A stretch of 64,000 nt of DNA from Longimicrobiales bacterium (GCA_041690395.1 JAWLHJ010000006.1:230530-294529); one strand, 5' to 3'. Counted from the first letter of the stretch, positions 19,811 through 29,745 are shown. The notes: a model not told the origin generated them from the letters alone. Numbers and translations: made by a program.

Positions 19811-22180
19811 TCAGAACGGAACGAAGACCGGCGTCACGAGCACCGTAAGCAGGAGGACGAGCACCGTCATGGGGATGCCCAGACGGAGGTAGTCGCTCAT
19901 GCGATACCCGGCGGGCGCCATGACCAGCGCGTGGGCGGGCTGTGACACGGGCGAGGCGAGCGACGTGGCCGCGATGGCCACGGCCATGACGAGGGGGTAG
20001 GGCGATACACCCAGGTGCCCCGCGGCGTTGATCGCCACGGGGGCCATGAGGACCACGACCGCAGAACCCGGGAGGATCTGCCCGCCCACGGCGGTGACCA
20101 TGACGAATACAGCGAGCACGAGGTGCGCGCTGAGTGAGCCGGTCCATTCGATCATGAAGGAGCCGAGCAGCGCCACGGCGCCGGTCTGGTCGAGCGCGGC
20201 CCCGAGCGACAGCATGCCCGCCACCAGGACGAGCGTGGGCCAGTCCACCGCCTTGTAGGCTTCGTCGGGCGTCAAGCACCGACCGAGCACCATGAGCAGC
20301 GCCCCGATGATCACTCCGACGGCGATGGGCACCCACCCGAGCAGGACCGGCGCGAGGGCGACCACCGTGATCGCGATGGACCGCGCGGCCAGCTTCACGT
20401 TCGACGCCTCCTCGTCCGGGGCCTGGAGGAGGATGAGATCGGGCTCCCGGGCCAGATCGCGGAGCCGGCGCCTGGGCCCGTAGAGGAGCAGCGCGTCGCC
20501 GAACCGGAGCGCCTCGTCGCGCAGGTTCGCCTCCACGGCGCCGCCCTCCCGGACGATCGCGACCACGTGCATGCCGAAGCGACCCTGGAAGCCGACCTGG
20601 CGGAGGGTGCGACCGATCAGCTCGCTCCGGGGTGCGAGCACCGCCTCGGCGAAGCCCACGGCGTCGCCCTCCAGCAGCTCGGGATCCACGGGGGTGTCCA
20701 GGTCGATCACGAGGCGCTGGAGCGCGCGAAGGACGACCATGTCCGCGCGGCTCGCCTTGACCAGGATCTCGTCACCGGGGGCGAACACCGTGTCGGGGTC
20801 CGGCAGGGAGCGGACCGAGACGACCCCGTCCTCCGCGCGGCGAGCGACGGCCAGAACCATGAAGCCGACCGCGTCGCCGAGCCGGGAGTCCCTCAGGCTC
20901 CGACCGACCAGAGCCGAGTCCGGAGTGACCCGGAGCGACCAGAGGCGGTCCCGCAGGTCGAACGCATCGACCGCTGCGGCAGCATCCATTACCTGGATGT
21001 CCTCGAGGTCCTCACCCGGATCGAGCGCGTCCAACGCCTCTCCCGACCCCTGCAGCAGGAGCTCGTCCCCGGCGCGGAGGGGCGTATCGAGGAAGCGCGT
21101 GCGCCTGCGGAATTCCGAGCTCCTTCGGAGCGCCAGGATCAGGACGCCGTCGCGTGCGTGGAGATCCGACTCGGCCGGACTCTTCCCGACCAGGCGCGAG
21201 CCCGCGGGAACCCGGGCCCGAGCCACCCGTACTTCGCCCGCCTGGAGCCAGTCGAGCGTGGGCGCGTCCGACACGGCGACCAGGTGCCGGCGGCCACGCA
21301 ACTCGAGGAAGTGGTCCGGGCTTCCCTGCACGAGAATCCTGTCGCCGCCTCGCAGCACCGCGTCCGGCCCCGGCGCGCGGCGGGTGCGGCCGTCGCGCTG
21401 GACGGCCAGCACGTGCATCCCCAGCGCGGAGTCGATGAGGCTCTCGGCCAGGGTGCGTCCGTCGAGGAGCGAGCGAGCGGGTACCTCCAGAAAGAAGAGC
21501 CTCGAGCGCAGATCGACGTCCTTACGCACGCCCGAGCGGTCGACTTCCTTGTCCTTTCCCTCCGGCGTGCGGCTCGGGAGCAGGCGCGGCCCGGCGACGG
21601 CGATGAGGGTCGCGCCGGCCCCCAGAAGGACGATCCCCACGGGGGTGTATGCGAAGAGCCCGAACGGTTCGAGGCCGGCGTCCCCCAGAGCGGTCGCCGC
21701 GAGCAGGTTGGGAGCCGTCCCGATGAGCGTCGTGAAGCCGCCGAGCTGGGCCCCGAGCGCCATCGGGATGAGTAGCTTCGATGGCGCGATCCGTGTCCGC
21801 TGGGCGATCCCGAGCGTGACCGGCAGCATCATAGCCGCGACGCCCACGTTGTTCATCACCCCCGAAAGGACACCGGACACGAGCGTCACCCCGATTACGA
21901 TGCGACCCTCGTGTGCCCCCGCCCACCGGAGCACGTATGAGCCCACCAGTCCGGCGACGCCCGTCCGCGAGAGCCCGGCAGAGACGACGAACATGCCCGC
22001 CACCGCGATCACCGCGGGGCTCGCGAAGCCGGCGAGCGCACGCTCGGGGGTGACGAGTCCGAGGAGCGAGACCGCCGCGAGGACGCTGAGCGCGACCAGG
22101 TCCATGCGGACCCGGCGCGTGGCGAGTACGCCGACGGCGCCGACGAGCACGCCCAGGACGAGGATGATGTCGGTGTGCAT
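19811..22180 (-). CDS. SLC13/CitMHS-type permease with multiple TrkA-C (RCK_C) domains
   Basis: SGVMNNVG, GGFTTLIGTAPNL, repeated S.L.G.TL....L...GD.LL RCK_C units, SPVSQPAHALV, GYRMSDY. Confidence 0.9.
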   Translation of the reverse strand: MHTDIILVLGVLVGAVGVLATRRVRMDLVALSVLAAVSLLGLVTPERALAGFASPAVIAVAGMFVVSAGLSRTGVAGLVGSYVLRWAGAHEGRIVIGVTLVSGVLSGVMNNVGVAAMMLPVTLGIAQRTRIAPSKLLIPMALGAQLGGFTTLIGTAPNLLAATALGDAGLEPFGLFAYTPVGIVLLGAGATLIAVAGPRLLPSRTPEGKDKEVDRSGVRKDVDLRSRLFFLEVPARSLLDGRTLAESLIDSALGMHVLAVQRDGRTRRAPGPDAVLRGGDRILVQGSPDHFLELRGRRHLVAVSDAPTLDWLQAGEVRVARARVPAGSRLVGKSPAESDLHARDGVLILALRRSSEFRRRTRFLDTPLRAGDELLLQGSGEALDALDPGEDLEDIQVMDAAAAVDAFDLRDRLWSLRVTPDSALVGRSLRDSRLGDAVGFMVLAVARRAEDGVVSVRSLPDPDTVFAPGDEILVKASRADMVVLRALQRLVIDLDTPVDPELLEGDAVGFAEAVLAPRSELIGRTLRQVGFQGRFGMHVVAIVREGGAVEANLRDEALRFGDALLLYGPRRRLRDLAREPDLILLQAPDEEASNVKLAARSIAITVVALAPVLLGWVPIAVGVIIGALLMVLGRCLTPDEAYKAVDWPTLVLVAGMLSLGAALDQTGAVALLGSFMIEWTGSLSAHLVLAVFVMVTAVGGQILPGSAVVVLMAPVAINAAGHLGVSPYPLVMAVAIAATSLASPVSQPAHALVMAPAGYRMSDYLRLGIPMTVLVLLLTVLVTPVFVPF

Positions 22181-22330
22181 GAGGGATGGACATTAGAGCC
22201 GCATTCCGTGTACGAGAAGACGTCCATGGCGCCGAGTTCTCTCGGACCCTATGGTGAAGGCATCGGCCACACGCGTTGCGCACGGTCCCGGGCACGGAGC
22301 GCCCGTGAGCGGGGGCCGAACGGAGAGACC

Positions 22331-23185
22331 ATGAAGTTGTGCACCCGTATCTCGGTCGCCGTCACGGCGGCGTTGCTGGGGCCGGTCACGGCCTCCGGTC
22401 AGGGTGCGCCCCAGGACACCGTGCGGGCCGACGAGGAAGCCGTTCGGGTTCGGGGATTGGTGACCGACATCACGACACAGCGGCCCCTTGAGTTCGTCGA
22501 GATCGAGGTCTTCGACTTCGAGGACGAGCCCCGCCTCGCCTGGGAGGGCGTGTCCGACTCCATCGGCGCCTTCACCGGACCTCGCCTCCGCCCGTCGCTC
22601 TACCAGGTGCGTGCGGTCGCGTTGGGTTACCAGACCCTCACGCACATGGTGGCACTGTCCGGCTACGGCATCGCGGACCTCCGGATCGAGATGAGCCCCG
22701 AAGCGTTGGAGCTCGAGCCGCTGGTGGTCGTGACGCGCCAGCGCTCCCGGCTGGAGACGTCGGGCTTCTACGAGCGCCGGCAACGCGGCTTCGGGCACAG
22801 CCTCGACCGCGCCGACATCGAAGCGCGCCGCCCGACGTACGTGACCGACCTCGTTCGTATGATGCCCGGTGTCTCCGTCTCTCCGGGGCTCATGGGCGGC
22901 GGCGGAATCCTGAGAATGCGCGGGGGCTGCATACCGGAGGTGATCATGGACGGCGTGCGTATGGTCCAACCCGTGCGTCTCGACGACGTCCTGCAGGTAT
23001 CCGACCTCGAGGGGCTGGAGGTATACGGCCCCGGCACGAGCCCACTGGAGTACTCCCACTCCAACTGCGGCACGGTGCTCGCCTGGACGCGTGATCCGGG
23101 CTCGGCCGACGGTCGGCCGTGGAGCTGGAAGCGGGCGGGAGCCGCCGCCGGGTTCATTCTGCTCGGGTTCTTCCTGACGCGTTGA
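22331..23185 (+). CDS. carboxypeptidase-regulatory-like + TonB plug-like protein lacking a beta-barrel
   Basis: Signal peptide, VRGLVTD...ALGY, LEPLVV, GFYERR..GFG, DLVRMMPGV, DGV, LEVY, CGTVLAWTR, then hydrophobic C-terminus. Confidence 0.75.
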   Translation: MKLCTRISVAVTAALLGPVTASGQGAPQDTVRADEEAVRVRGLVTDITTQRPLEFVEIEVFDFEDEPRLAWEGVSDSIGAFTGPRLRPSLYQVRAVALGYQTLTHMVALSGYGIADLRIEMSPEALELEPLVVVTRQRSRLETSGFYERRQRGFGHSLDRADIEARRPTYVTDLVRMMPGVSVSPGLMGGGGILRMRGGCIPEVIMDGVRMVQPVRLDDVLQVSDLEGLEVYGPGTSPLEYSHSNCGTVLAWTRDPGSADGRPWSWKRAGAAAGFILLGFFLTR

Positions 23186-23276
23186 CGGGCGCGCTCGGCC
23201 GCCGCAGGATGGTCGTTCCGACGTCGGGGCTCGACCCGCTCCACCCGGTTACTCTCCCGTCCCTCCTGGAGTCCCC

Positions 23277-23579
23277 ATGAAGCACTGGATGCTCTTCTAC
23301 CAGACCGTTCCGGACCATGCCGAACGACGGACGGCCCATCGCGCGCTGCACCTCCAGAAGGCATGGGAGGCCCATGAGCGCGGCGAGCTCGTGCTCGGCG
23401 GGGCCCTCACCGAGGGTGATGCCGGGGCCGCGCTCCTCTTCCAGGGCGACTCGCCGGAGGTGGCCGAGAAGTTCGCGCGGGCCGACCCCTACGTGACCGA
23501 GGGACTGATCACCCGCTGGTGGGTGAGCGAGTGGATCACCGTCGTCGGCGACGGAGCCAAGAGCCCCGTGCGGCCCTGA
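23277..23579 (+). CDS. YciI-like protein
   Basis: RTAHRALHL, LVLGGAL, FARADPYVTEGL. Confidence 0.88.
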   Translation: MKHWMLFYQTVPDHAERRTAHRALHLQKAWEAHERGELVLGGALTEGDAGAALLFQGDSPEVAEKFARADPYVTEGLITRWWVSEWITVVGDGAKSPVRP

Positions 23580-23640
23580 CGGGAGCGCTCGGCACCACCG
23601 GAGCGCCGCCCGCGTCCGACCGGGTGGGGCGCCCGGCTCG

Positions 23641-24615
23641 TCAGTCGTTCAACACCCAGGCACAGATCAGGGGCGCGACGATCGCGGCGTCCGAGTTGAT
23701 CTCGTACCGCGGCGTATCCGCCTCGAGCTTCCCCCAGGTGATCTTCTCGTTCGCCGGGGCGCCCGAGTATCCCCCGTACGAAGGCTGGGCGTCGGTGATC
23801 TGACAGAAGTAGCCCCAGAAGGGGACGTCACGCTGCAGGTCCTGGATGATGCAGGGCACGGAGCAGATGGCGAAGTCCCCCGCGATCCCGCCGCCGATCT
23901 GGAAGAATCCGACCGAGGGGTGCTCCCCGGCACCGTGGTTCTTCTCGTACCACTCGATGAGCATCTGGAACTGCTCGGTGCCCGACTTGACGCACTGATG
24001 GTGGGCGACGTTCCCGAGCATGACGTTGGCGGCGAAGATGTTGCCGGTGGTCGAGTCCTCCCAGCCGGGCGCGAAGACGGGGATACCGGCTTCTTTCGCC
24101 GCCAGAAGCCAGGAGTTCTTCGGGTCGATCTGGTAGTGCTGCTCGAGCGTGGGATCGTCGAGCACCTCGAAGAGGAACTCGGCCGGCGTCTTCCGCGCGC
24201 CCGAATCGGCGGCTCGGCTCCAGCACCCGACCAGGCGCTTCTCGATGTGCCGCATGACCGTCTCGGGGATGCACGTGTCGGTCACCCGGTTCATGCCGCG
24301 GTCGTAGAGCGCCTGCTCCTCCGCGGCGGACAGCTCACGCCAGGACGGGATGATCTCGTACTCGTCGTGGGCGACGAGGTTGAAGAGATCCTCCTCCAGA
24401 TTGGCGCCCGTGCAGGAGATCGCATGGACCTTCCCCTCGCGGATCATGCGCGCGAGGATGATCCCGAACTCCCCGGTGGACATCGCGCCCGCCATGGCGA
24501 CGAGCATCTTGCCACCTTCCTCGAGGTGCTTCTCGTACCCCTTGGCGGCGTCGACGACCTCGCGCGCGTTGAAGTGGAGGTAATGACGCTCCATGAAGCT
24601 CCGGACGTGACCCAC
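23641..24615 (-). CDS. deoxyhypusine synthase-like protein (polyamine/homospermidine metabolism)
   Basis: HFNAR, AGAMST, CTGANLEED, NRVTDTCIPE, PGWEDST, IGGGIAGDF, GGYSGA..NEKITWGK. Confidence 0.92.
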   Translation of the reverse strand: MGHVRSFMERHYLHFNAREVVDAAKGYEKHLEEGGKMLVAMAGAMSTGEFGIILARMIREGKVHAISCTGANLEEDLFNLVAHDEYEIIPSWRELSAAEEQALYDRGMNRVTDTCIPETVMRHIEKRLVGCWSRAADSGARKTPAEFLFEVLDDPTLEQHYQIDPKNSWLLAAKEAGIPVFAPGWEDSTTGNIFAANVMLGNVAHHQCVKSGTEQFQMLIEWYEKNHGAGEHPSVGFFQIGGGIAGDFAICSVPCIIQDLQRDVPFWGYFCQITDAQPSYGGYSGAPANEKITWGKLEADTPRYEINSDAAIVAPLICAWVLND

Positions 24616-24659
24616 GCTGTATCTCCAGTCTGACGCTGATTGGCCTGAGACCGAAGTTT

Positions 24660-24985
24660 AACAGGTCGCTGAAGAAGGGGAGCACCCCGCGCGCATGGGG
24701 CTTTCGCTGGTCAGGCAAGGAACGACGACGAGCCATAGCAGCGCTACGGCGAGCGAGGAGTGACGCAGCATCACCAGCGAAACCCCCATGCGCCCACCAA
24801 CCTGAACGATATGCTCCTGCATGCTGAAGGGTTGGGGCGGCACGGCCCCGTTCCGGTCGTTGGAGCTCCTCCGCGTAGCTACGGCTATGCGGCCGTCGCT
24901 CCGCCTACGGCTCGGGGCCGTGGCGCTCCCGGGGCACCCGTGCGCAGCACGGGTCCGGGGTACTCCCCTTCTTCAGCGACCTGTT
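24660..24985. mobile_element. MITE-like non-coding element with terminal inverted repeats and internal hairpins
   Basis: AACAGGTCGCTGAAGAAGGGGAG (24660-24682) is the perfect reverse complement of 24963-24985 and extends to 30 bp with one mismatch. Internal 21-bp IR 24691-24711/24773-24793 with one mismatch. No credible ORF. Confidence 0.7.
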
Positions 24986-25024
24986 GAGGTCCGGACAGCG
25001 AAGGCGAAGTGTTATCATCCGCTC

Positions 25025-25801
25025 ATGATCTCTCCGACCCCACTCGACCACTCGATCGTGCTGGCCGTCGACGGCCACATCGCACGGATCACGCTCAACC
25101 GACCGGACCGCCACAACGCCCTCGAGGCGGAGGACATCGAGCTCTTCCGCTCGTGTCTGGCCACCGTCGAGGCGGACCCCGACGTCCGCGTGCTCGTGGT
25201 GACCGGGAGCGGGTCCGAGACCTTCTGCGCCGGCGCCTCCCTGAAGCAGCTCAACACCGGGAAGATGAGCGGCGCCGTCTTCGAGACGCTGACGGACGAC
25301 CTCGCCTCGCTGCGGGTTCCGACGGTCTGCGCCATCAACGGCGGCGTATACGGCGGCGGCGCGGAGATCGCGCTCTGCTGCGACTTCCGGATCGGCGTGA
25401 CGACCACCCGACTCTCGGTGCCCGCCGCCCGTCTGGGCATCTGCTACCCGCTGGGCGGCATGAAGCGGTACGTCGCGCGCCTCGGACTGGACACGGCGCT
25501 CAGGGTGCTCGTGGCCAACGAGGAGATGAGTGCGGTCGAGCTGCTCGGCAACGGATTTCTCCACCGGATGGTCGAGCCGGAGCGGCTGGAATCCGAGGCC
25601 ACGGCGCTCGCCGAGCGGCTCGCGGGCATGGCCCCTCTGGCGGTTCAAGGCATGAAGCGGATCCTCTGCGACATCGCCGACGGCACCCTCGACGAGGCCG
25701 CCGGACGAGAGATCGTCGACGTCTGCGCCGCCTCGGACGACCTCCGCGAGGGGCTGCGCGCGCAACGCGCCGGAGAGGAGCCGCACTTCCAGGGACGATG
25801 A
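25025..25801 (+). CDS. enoyl-CoA hydratase/isomerase family protein
   Basis: ITLNRPDRHNAL, FCAGASL, AINGGVYGGGAEIALCCDFRI, SDDLREG, P.FQGR. Confidence 0.9.
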   Translation: MISPTPLDHSIVLAVDGHIARITLNRPDRHNALEAEDIELFRSCLATVEADPDVRVLVVTGSGSETFCAGASLKQLNTGKMSGAVFETLTDDLASLRVPTVCAINGGVYGGGAEIALCCDFRIGVTTTRLSVPAARLGICYPLGGMKRYVARLGLDTALRVLVANEEMSAVELLGNGFLHRMVEPERLESEATALAERLAGMAPLAVQGMKRILCDIADGTLDEAAGREIVDVCAASDDLREGLRAQRAGEEPHFQGR

Positions 25802-27522
25802 GCGACCGCGACGCGAAGGCACTCCGCGACCGCATCGCCCGCATCGACGGAGCCGGGTACAAGCGTTACCGGGAGATCGTGGGGTCCTGGGACCTTCCGG
25901 GCTTCACTCTCTTCGTAGACCACGCCCAGAGCGACCCGTTCGCGACACCGAGCGCCGTCCATGTCGAAATCGGCCCCGAGGGGACCCGCATCCCGGACGC
26001 CGCCGTGGGCACGAGCGCCCGTCGACTCGGCGCGGCGACTTGGCTCGCAGCACGCTTCGCTGAGGCCGCGTCGGAGGTCCGAGCCCGAGGAACCGGTCGG
26101 AGCGGCGAGGTCCGCATGGAGCACCCCGGCCAGACGGTGCTCCCTCAGACCGCCGTCATCGTCGATGCACGAGGCGGCCTCGAGGCGCGCTTCTTGGTCG
26201 GGCTTCCGGGGCGGGGACGCCGTGTCGACGGTGCGGGGGCGTCGGAGCTCCTACTCCAGACGATCCCCGATCTCGTCCGGAGCACGCTCGTCCTCGACCC
26301 GGCTGCGGCCACCGGAATCGTCGAGGCGGCGGAGACCAACGAAGACGCCGAGGCGCTGCGCGACTTCCTTCGCCGGGAGAGGCTGATCGCCTTCGTGGCC
26401 GATGGGGCGCGTCTGCCCCGCGCGAGCGGCATCGACGACCGGCCCCTCGAGACGGACGGGGTCGTTCCGTTCGAAGGCCCCCCTGAGATGCGCGCGCGCG
26501 TCGAGCTGCCGAACGCCGGAGCGGTCACGGGCATGGCAGTGCGGCCCGGCGTGACCGTCGTGACCGGTGGCGGATTCCACGGCAAGAGCACCCTGCTCCG
26601 CGCCCTGGAAGCCGGGGTCTACAATCACCGGCCGGGAGACGGCCGGGAACGCGTCGTCACCCGAGCGGACGCCGTCAAGATCCGCGCGGAGGACGGACGC
26701 TCCGTCAAGCGCGTGGACATCTCGGGCTTCATCGACGGTCTCCCTTTCGGCCGGGACACGCATGCCTTCACGACACCGAACGCGAGCGGCTCGACCAGCC
26801 AGGCGGCATCGATCGTGGAAGCCCTGGAGGCCGGAGCTCGTATCCTGCTGATCGACGAGGACACGTCGGCCACCAACTTCATGACGCGCGACCGGCGGAT
26901 GCAGGAGCTCGTCCCCTCGTCCGGAGAGCCGATCACCCCATTCGTGGACCGGGTTCGCGTTCTGTGGGACGCTCACGACGTCAGCACGGTGCTGGTGATC
27001 GGCGGCACCGGCGACTACCTGGACGTGGCCGACGCCGTGGTGCGGATGGAGGCGTACCGGCCCATGGACGTCACCGCCGAAGCCCGCTCCATCGCGGAGC
27101 GGCACCCGACCGGTCGGCGAGAGGTCGTGGAGACCGGCTGGGCCCTCCCGCCGGCGCGATCGATCGAGCCCGCGTCGCTCGACCCCCGCCGGGGCAAGCG
27201 TTCGACGTACGTGCGGGTGCCGGACGGACGGACCCTGCTGCTCGGACGACACGAGATCGACGTCTCGGCCGTCGAGCAGCTCGCGTCCCGGGCCCAGCTC
27301 AGGTCCATCGGGCTCGCCATGGCGCGTCTGGCCACGGAGGACGACGAGACATCCAGCGTGCCCGAGCTCCTGGACCGCATCGAGCGCCTCCTCGCCGATC
27401 CGGGTCTCGACGCGCTGGACCCGCGCGGGGAGCCCCGGGGCGACCTCGCCGGATTCCGGCGCTACGAGCTCGCCGCGACCCTGAGCCGGCTCCGGTCGTT
27501 GAGCGTCGGAGGCGGCGAGTGA
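25798..27522 (+). CDS. soluble ABC-class ATPase (ABC_ATPase family)
   Basis: DHAQSDPFA, Walker A GGGFHGKST, RAEDGR, NASGSTSQAA, Walker B LLIDEDTSATNFM, RRYELAATLSRLR. ATGA overlap. Confidence 0.85.
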   Translation: MSDRDAKALRDRIARIDGAGYKRYREIVGSWDLPGFTLFVDHAQSDPFATPSAVHVEIGPEGTRIPDAAVGTSARRLGAATWLAARFAEAASEVRARGTGRSGEVRMEHPGQTVLPQTAVIVDARGGLEARFLVGLPGRGRRVDGAGASELLLQTIPDLVRSTLVLDPAAATGIVEAAETNEDAEALRDFLRRERLIAFVADGARLPRASGIDDRPLETDGVVPFEGPPEMRARVELPNAGAVTGMAVRPGVTVVTGGGFHGKSTLLRALEAGVYNHRPGDGRERVVTRADAVKIRAEDGRSVKRVDISGFIDGLPFGRDTHAFTTPNASGSTSQAASIVEALEAGARILLIDEDTSATNFMTRDRRMQELVPSSGEPITPFVDRVRVLWDAHDVSTVLVIGGTGDYLDVADAVVRMEAYRPMDVTAEARSIAERHPTGRREVVETGWALPPARSIEPASLDPRRGKRSTYVRVPDGRTLLLGRHEIDVSAVEQLASRAQLRSIGLAMARLATEDDETSSVPELLDRIERLLADPGLDALDPRGEPRGDLAGFRRYELAATLSRLRSLSVGGGE

Positions 27523-29357
27523 GCGGGGCGCCCCCAGAACCGGACGACGGGCTCCCGCTCTTCGAGCGGCCCGCCTCCGCGGGCGAAGCCGGTTGGCCCG
27601 ATCCGGGGCTGGCCGTCGCGGCGGCCGCGTCCTCGCGGCCCGTCCGACTCGACGGCTCGCGTGCGACAGCGCTCGGGACGGTGCGCGGCCCCTTGGGCGA
27701 GATCCGGTTCGGGCCCATCCGCGCCGCGGCCGATCTCACATGGGGCGACGATGCGGTGGCGAACGCCGTCGTCTCCCCGAGCCTGCTCCGCCGTGAGCAC
27801 GTCGGTCCGTCGGGCTCCTGGGAAGAGACCGTGCTGGTAGCTCCCGGGCTGCCGCTGGTCGTCCTGTCCGCCGGCCCGAAGCGCGACGGACCGCCGTCCC
27901 TCGCGTTGACGGTCCTGCCCGACGTCGCGGCTCCACGGTACCGGACGGGAAGTGGGGCGGTGACCCTCGCCGGTCCGGCCCCGGACACCTTCCTGACGCT
28001 CGTCGCGGACCCGGGCTCCTGCGCGTGGAGCGTCGAACCCGCTCCGGCCGGCGGAGCGTTGTTGAGGTGCTCCAACCCGGAGGGTATCGCCTCGGTGGTT
28101 CTCGCGTACGGATCCGAGGCCGCCATACGCGGGGCACTGAGCGGTACCCGGCAGCTGGCCGGGCATGCCCTCCGGGCCGGCGCTAGGCCCGACGACGATC
28201 TCCTGGAGCTGACTACCGGCGCGTACGGTCTGGACCACGCCGTCGCCTGGATGGAACGGCGTCTCGGATCGGGGATCGACTCGGCCCTGGCGCGAGCCTC
28301 TTCGGCTGGAGCGCCCACGGAGGGCGACGGGTGGTTGTGGGCGGGCCTCGGCGCGGCGGCCATCGGCGACCATGAACGCGCGCGAAGGTGCGCCGCGCTC
28401 CTGGAGCGGCTCGGACGCCCCGAGGCCGCCGTCTTCCTCCAAGCGCGGGCCTCGCTCTCGGACGGACGGACGGACGGGCTATTGGAGTCCGCGGAGCACG
28501 GCTTGGCCGCCACTGACGTCGAGGACCCGGCGCTCGGACGTCTCGGCCTGCGCGCGGCGGCCGACGCGCTGCGGTACGCCGCGACCGAGGCGGTGCTCGA
28601 GCGGCTGGCCGCCGCCGGAGCACGACCGGCCGGGACCGGCACGGGCGATCCGGGCGGCGACGCGGCCGGCGCGGGGCGGGGCGTCCGACTTCCCACGCTC
28701 GGCGGGCGAGCCGGATCCGTACCCGCCATCTCTCCCTCCATGACGCCCGGGGCGTGGCTCTCCCGCATGCTCGAGGGTCCGCGGGGCCGACCGGGCCCGG
28801 AGCCGCCGGTCGGCGAGGGCCGGGAGCGCGTGGCCCGTGCCTTGGGCGCCTGGGCGGCGATGGCGGCCCCGGGGGACGGGTGGAACACCTGGCGTGCCAT
28901 GGTGGCCGAAGGACTCGACTCCGGCACTCGGGGCGTCGGCTGCTGGGATTCCATCGACCCCGACACTCCTCCCGCCGTGACCGGCATCCTGCTGGCCGCG
29001 ATGGCGTTCGGCTGGCTGGGCGCGTTTCCGGACGCGCCGGTCGGGCGGCTCACGTTGAAGCCCCGGATTCCGGAGCGGGTGACCAGCTTCCGCTTCGCGG
29101 GGATCGCCATGGGTGACGTCAGGTCGGCCCTCGCCTACGAGCGGGCCGGCGCGACGCACCGCTTCGACCTGGATCCGCTCCGCGGACGGGTACCGCCTCT
29201 CATCGTCTTCGAGACCACCGTTCCCGGAGAGACTGTCCGGGTCACCATCGACGGGGTCCCCGCCGAGCTCGACGCGAGTCCGGGCCGAGCCGGTGTCACC
29301 GTACGCCTCCAGACCCCGCTCGACGCGCCGCGCCGGATCGAGATCGAGGCGGACTGA
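27519..29357 (+). CDS. hypothetical protein, weak resemblance to glycogen-debranching/GH C-terminal fold
   Basis: GTG overlaps upstream stop. C-terminal WLGAFPDAPVGRLTLKPRIP...F recalls the tail of (alpha/alpha)6 glycosidases. Confidence 0.55.
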   Translation: MSGAPPEPDDGLPLFERPASAGEAGWPDPGLAVAAAASSRPVRLDGSRATALGTVRGPLGEIRFGPIRAAADLTWGDDAVANAVVSPSLLRREHVGPSGSWEETVLVAPGLPLVVLSAGPKRDGPPSLALTVLPDVAAPRYRTGSGAVTLAGPAPDTFLTLVADPGSCAWSVEPAPAGGALLRCSNPEGIASVVLAYGSEAAIRGALSGTRQLAGHALRAGARPDDDLLELTTGAYGLDHAVAWMERRLGSGIDSALARASSAGAPTEGDGWLWAGLGAAAIGDHERARRCAALLERLGRPEAAVFLQARASLSDGRTDGLLESAEHGLAATDVEDPALGRLGLRAAADALRYAATEAVLERLAAAGARPAGTGTGDPGGDAAGAGRGVRLPTLGGRAGSVPAISPSMTPGAWLSRMLEGPRGRPGPEPPVGEGRERVARALGAWAAMAAPGDGWNTWRAMVAEGLDSGTRGVGCWDSIDPDTPPAVTGILLAAMAFGWLGAFPDAPVGRLTLKPRIPERVTSFRFAGIAMGDVRSALAYERAGATHRFDLDPLRGRVPPLIVFETTVPGETVRVTIDGVPAELDASPGRAGVTVRLQTPLDAPRRIEIEAD

Positions 29358-29367
29358 TGTCGTGAAG

Positions 29368-29610
29368 CTACTTCCGACGCTTCTTCTTCACCTTGGGTGG
29401 CGCCACGCTCGGGTCCACGTACCCGTTCTCGACCAGGAGCGAGTGCAGGCGCAGCTCACGCTCGGGAAGCTCGGTCTTCGCGATCTCACGCGCGAACTCG
29501 ATCCGATGGACCTCCGAGACCTTGTCGAGAATCGCGATCGGCGCCCCGTAACGGAGGAGTATGCGCTTCGCGTCGATGGCTACGGAATCATTCACGATGC
29601 CCGCCGTCAT
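29368..29610 (-). CDS. hypothetical protein (80 aa) with basic tail
   Basis: Protein-like ORF filling the gap, ends PKVKKKRRK. Confidence 0.65.
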   Translation of the reverse strand: MTAGIVNDSVAIDAKRILLRYGAPIAILDKVSEVHRIEFAREIAKTELPERELRLHSLLVENGYVDPSVAPPKVKKKRRK

Positions 29611-29745
29611 GCAGGAGAGGAAGATGCTCGCGCGCCCGGTCGAACGACCGGAGCGACGAATCCGGTCGGACGCGCCGAAAAGCCTGGAGCGCGCCCCGAA
29701 AGACGGTGAACGATAACGATTTGGAGCGCCCGCTCCAACGACCTG

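Noticed and set aside
24658..24987. Short ORFs inside the palindromic element
   Set aside because: Both end in the same peptide (SPSSATC) because of the TIRs, with no coding signal or transposase motif.
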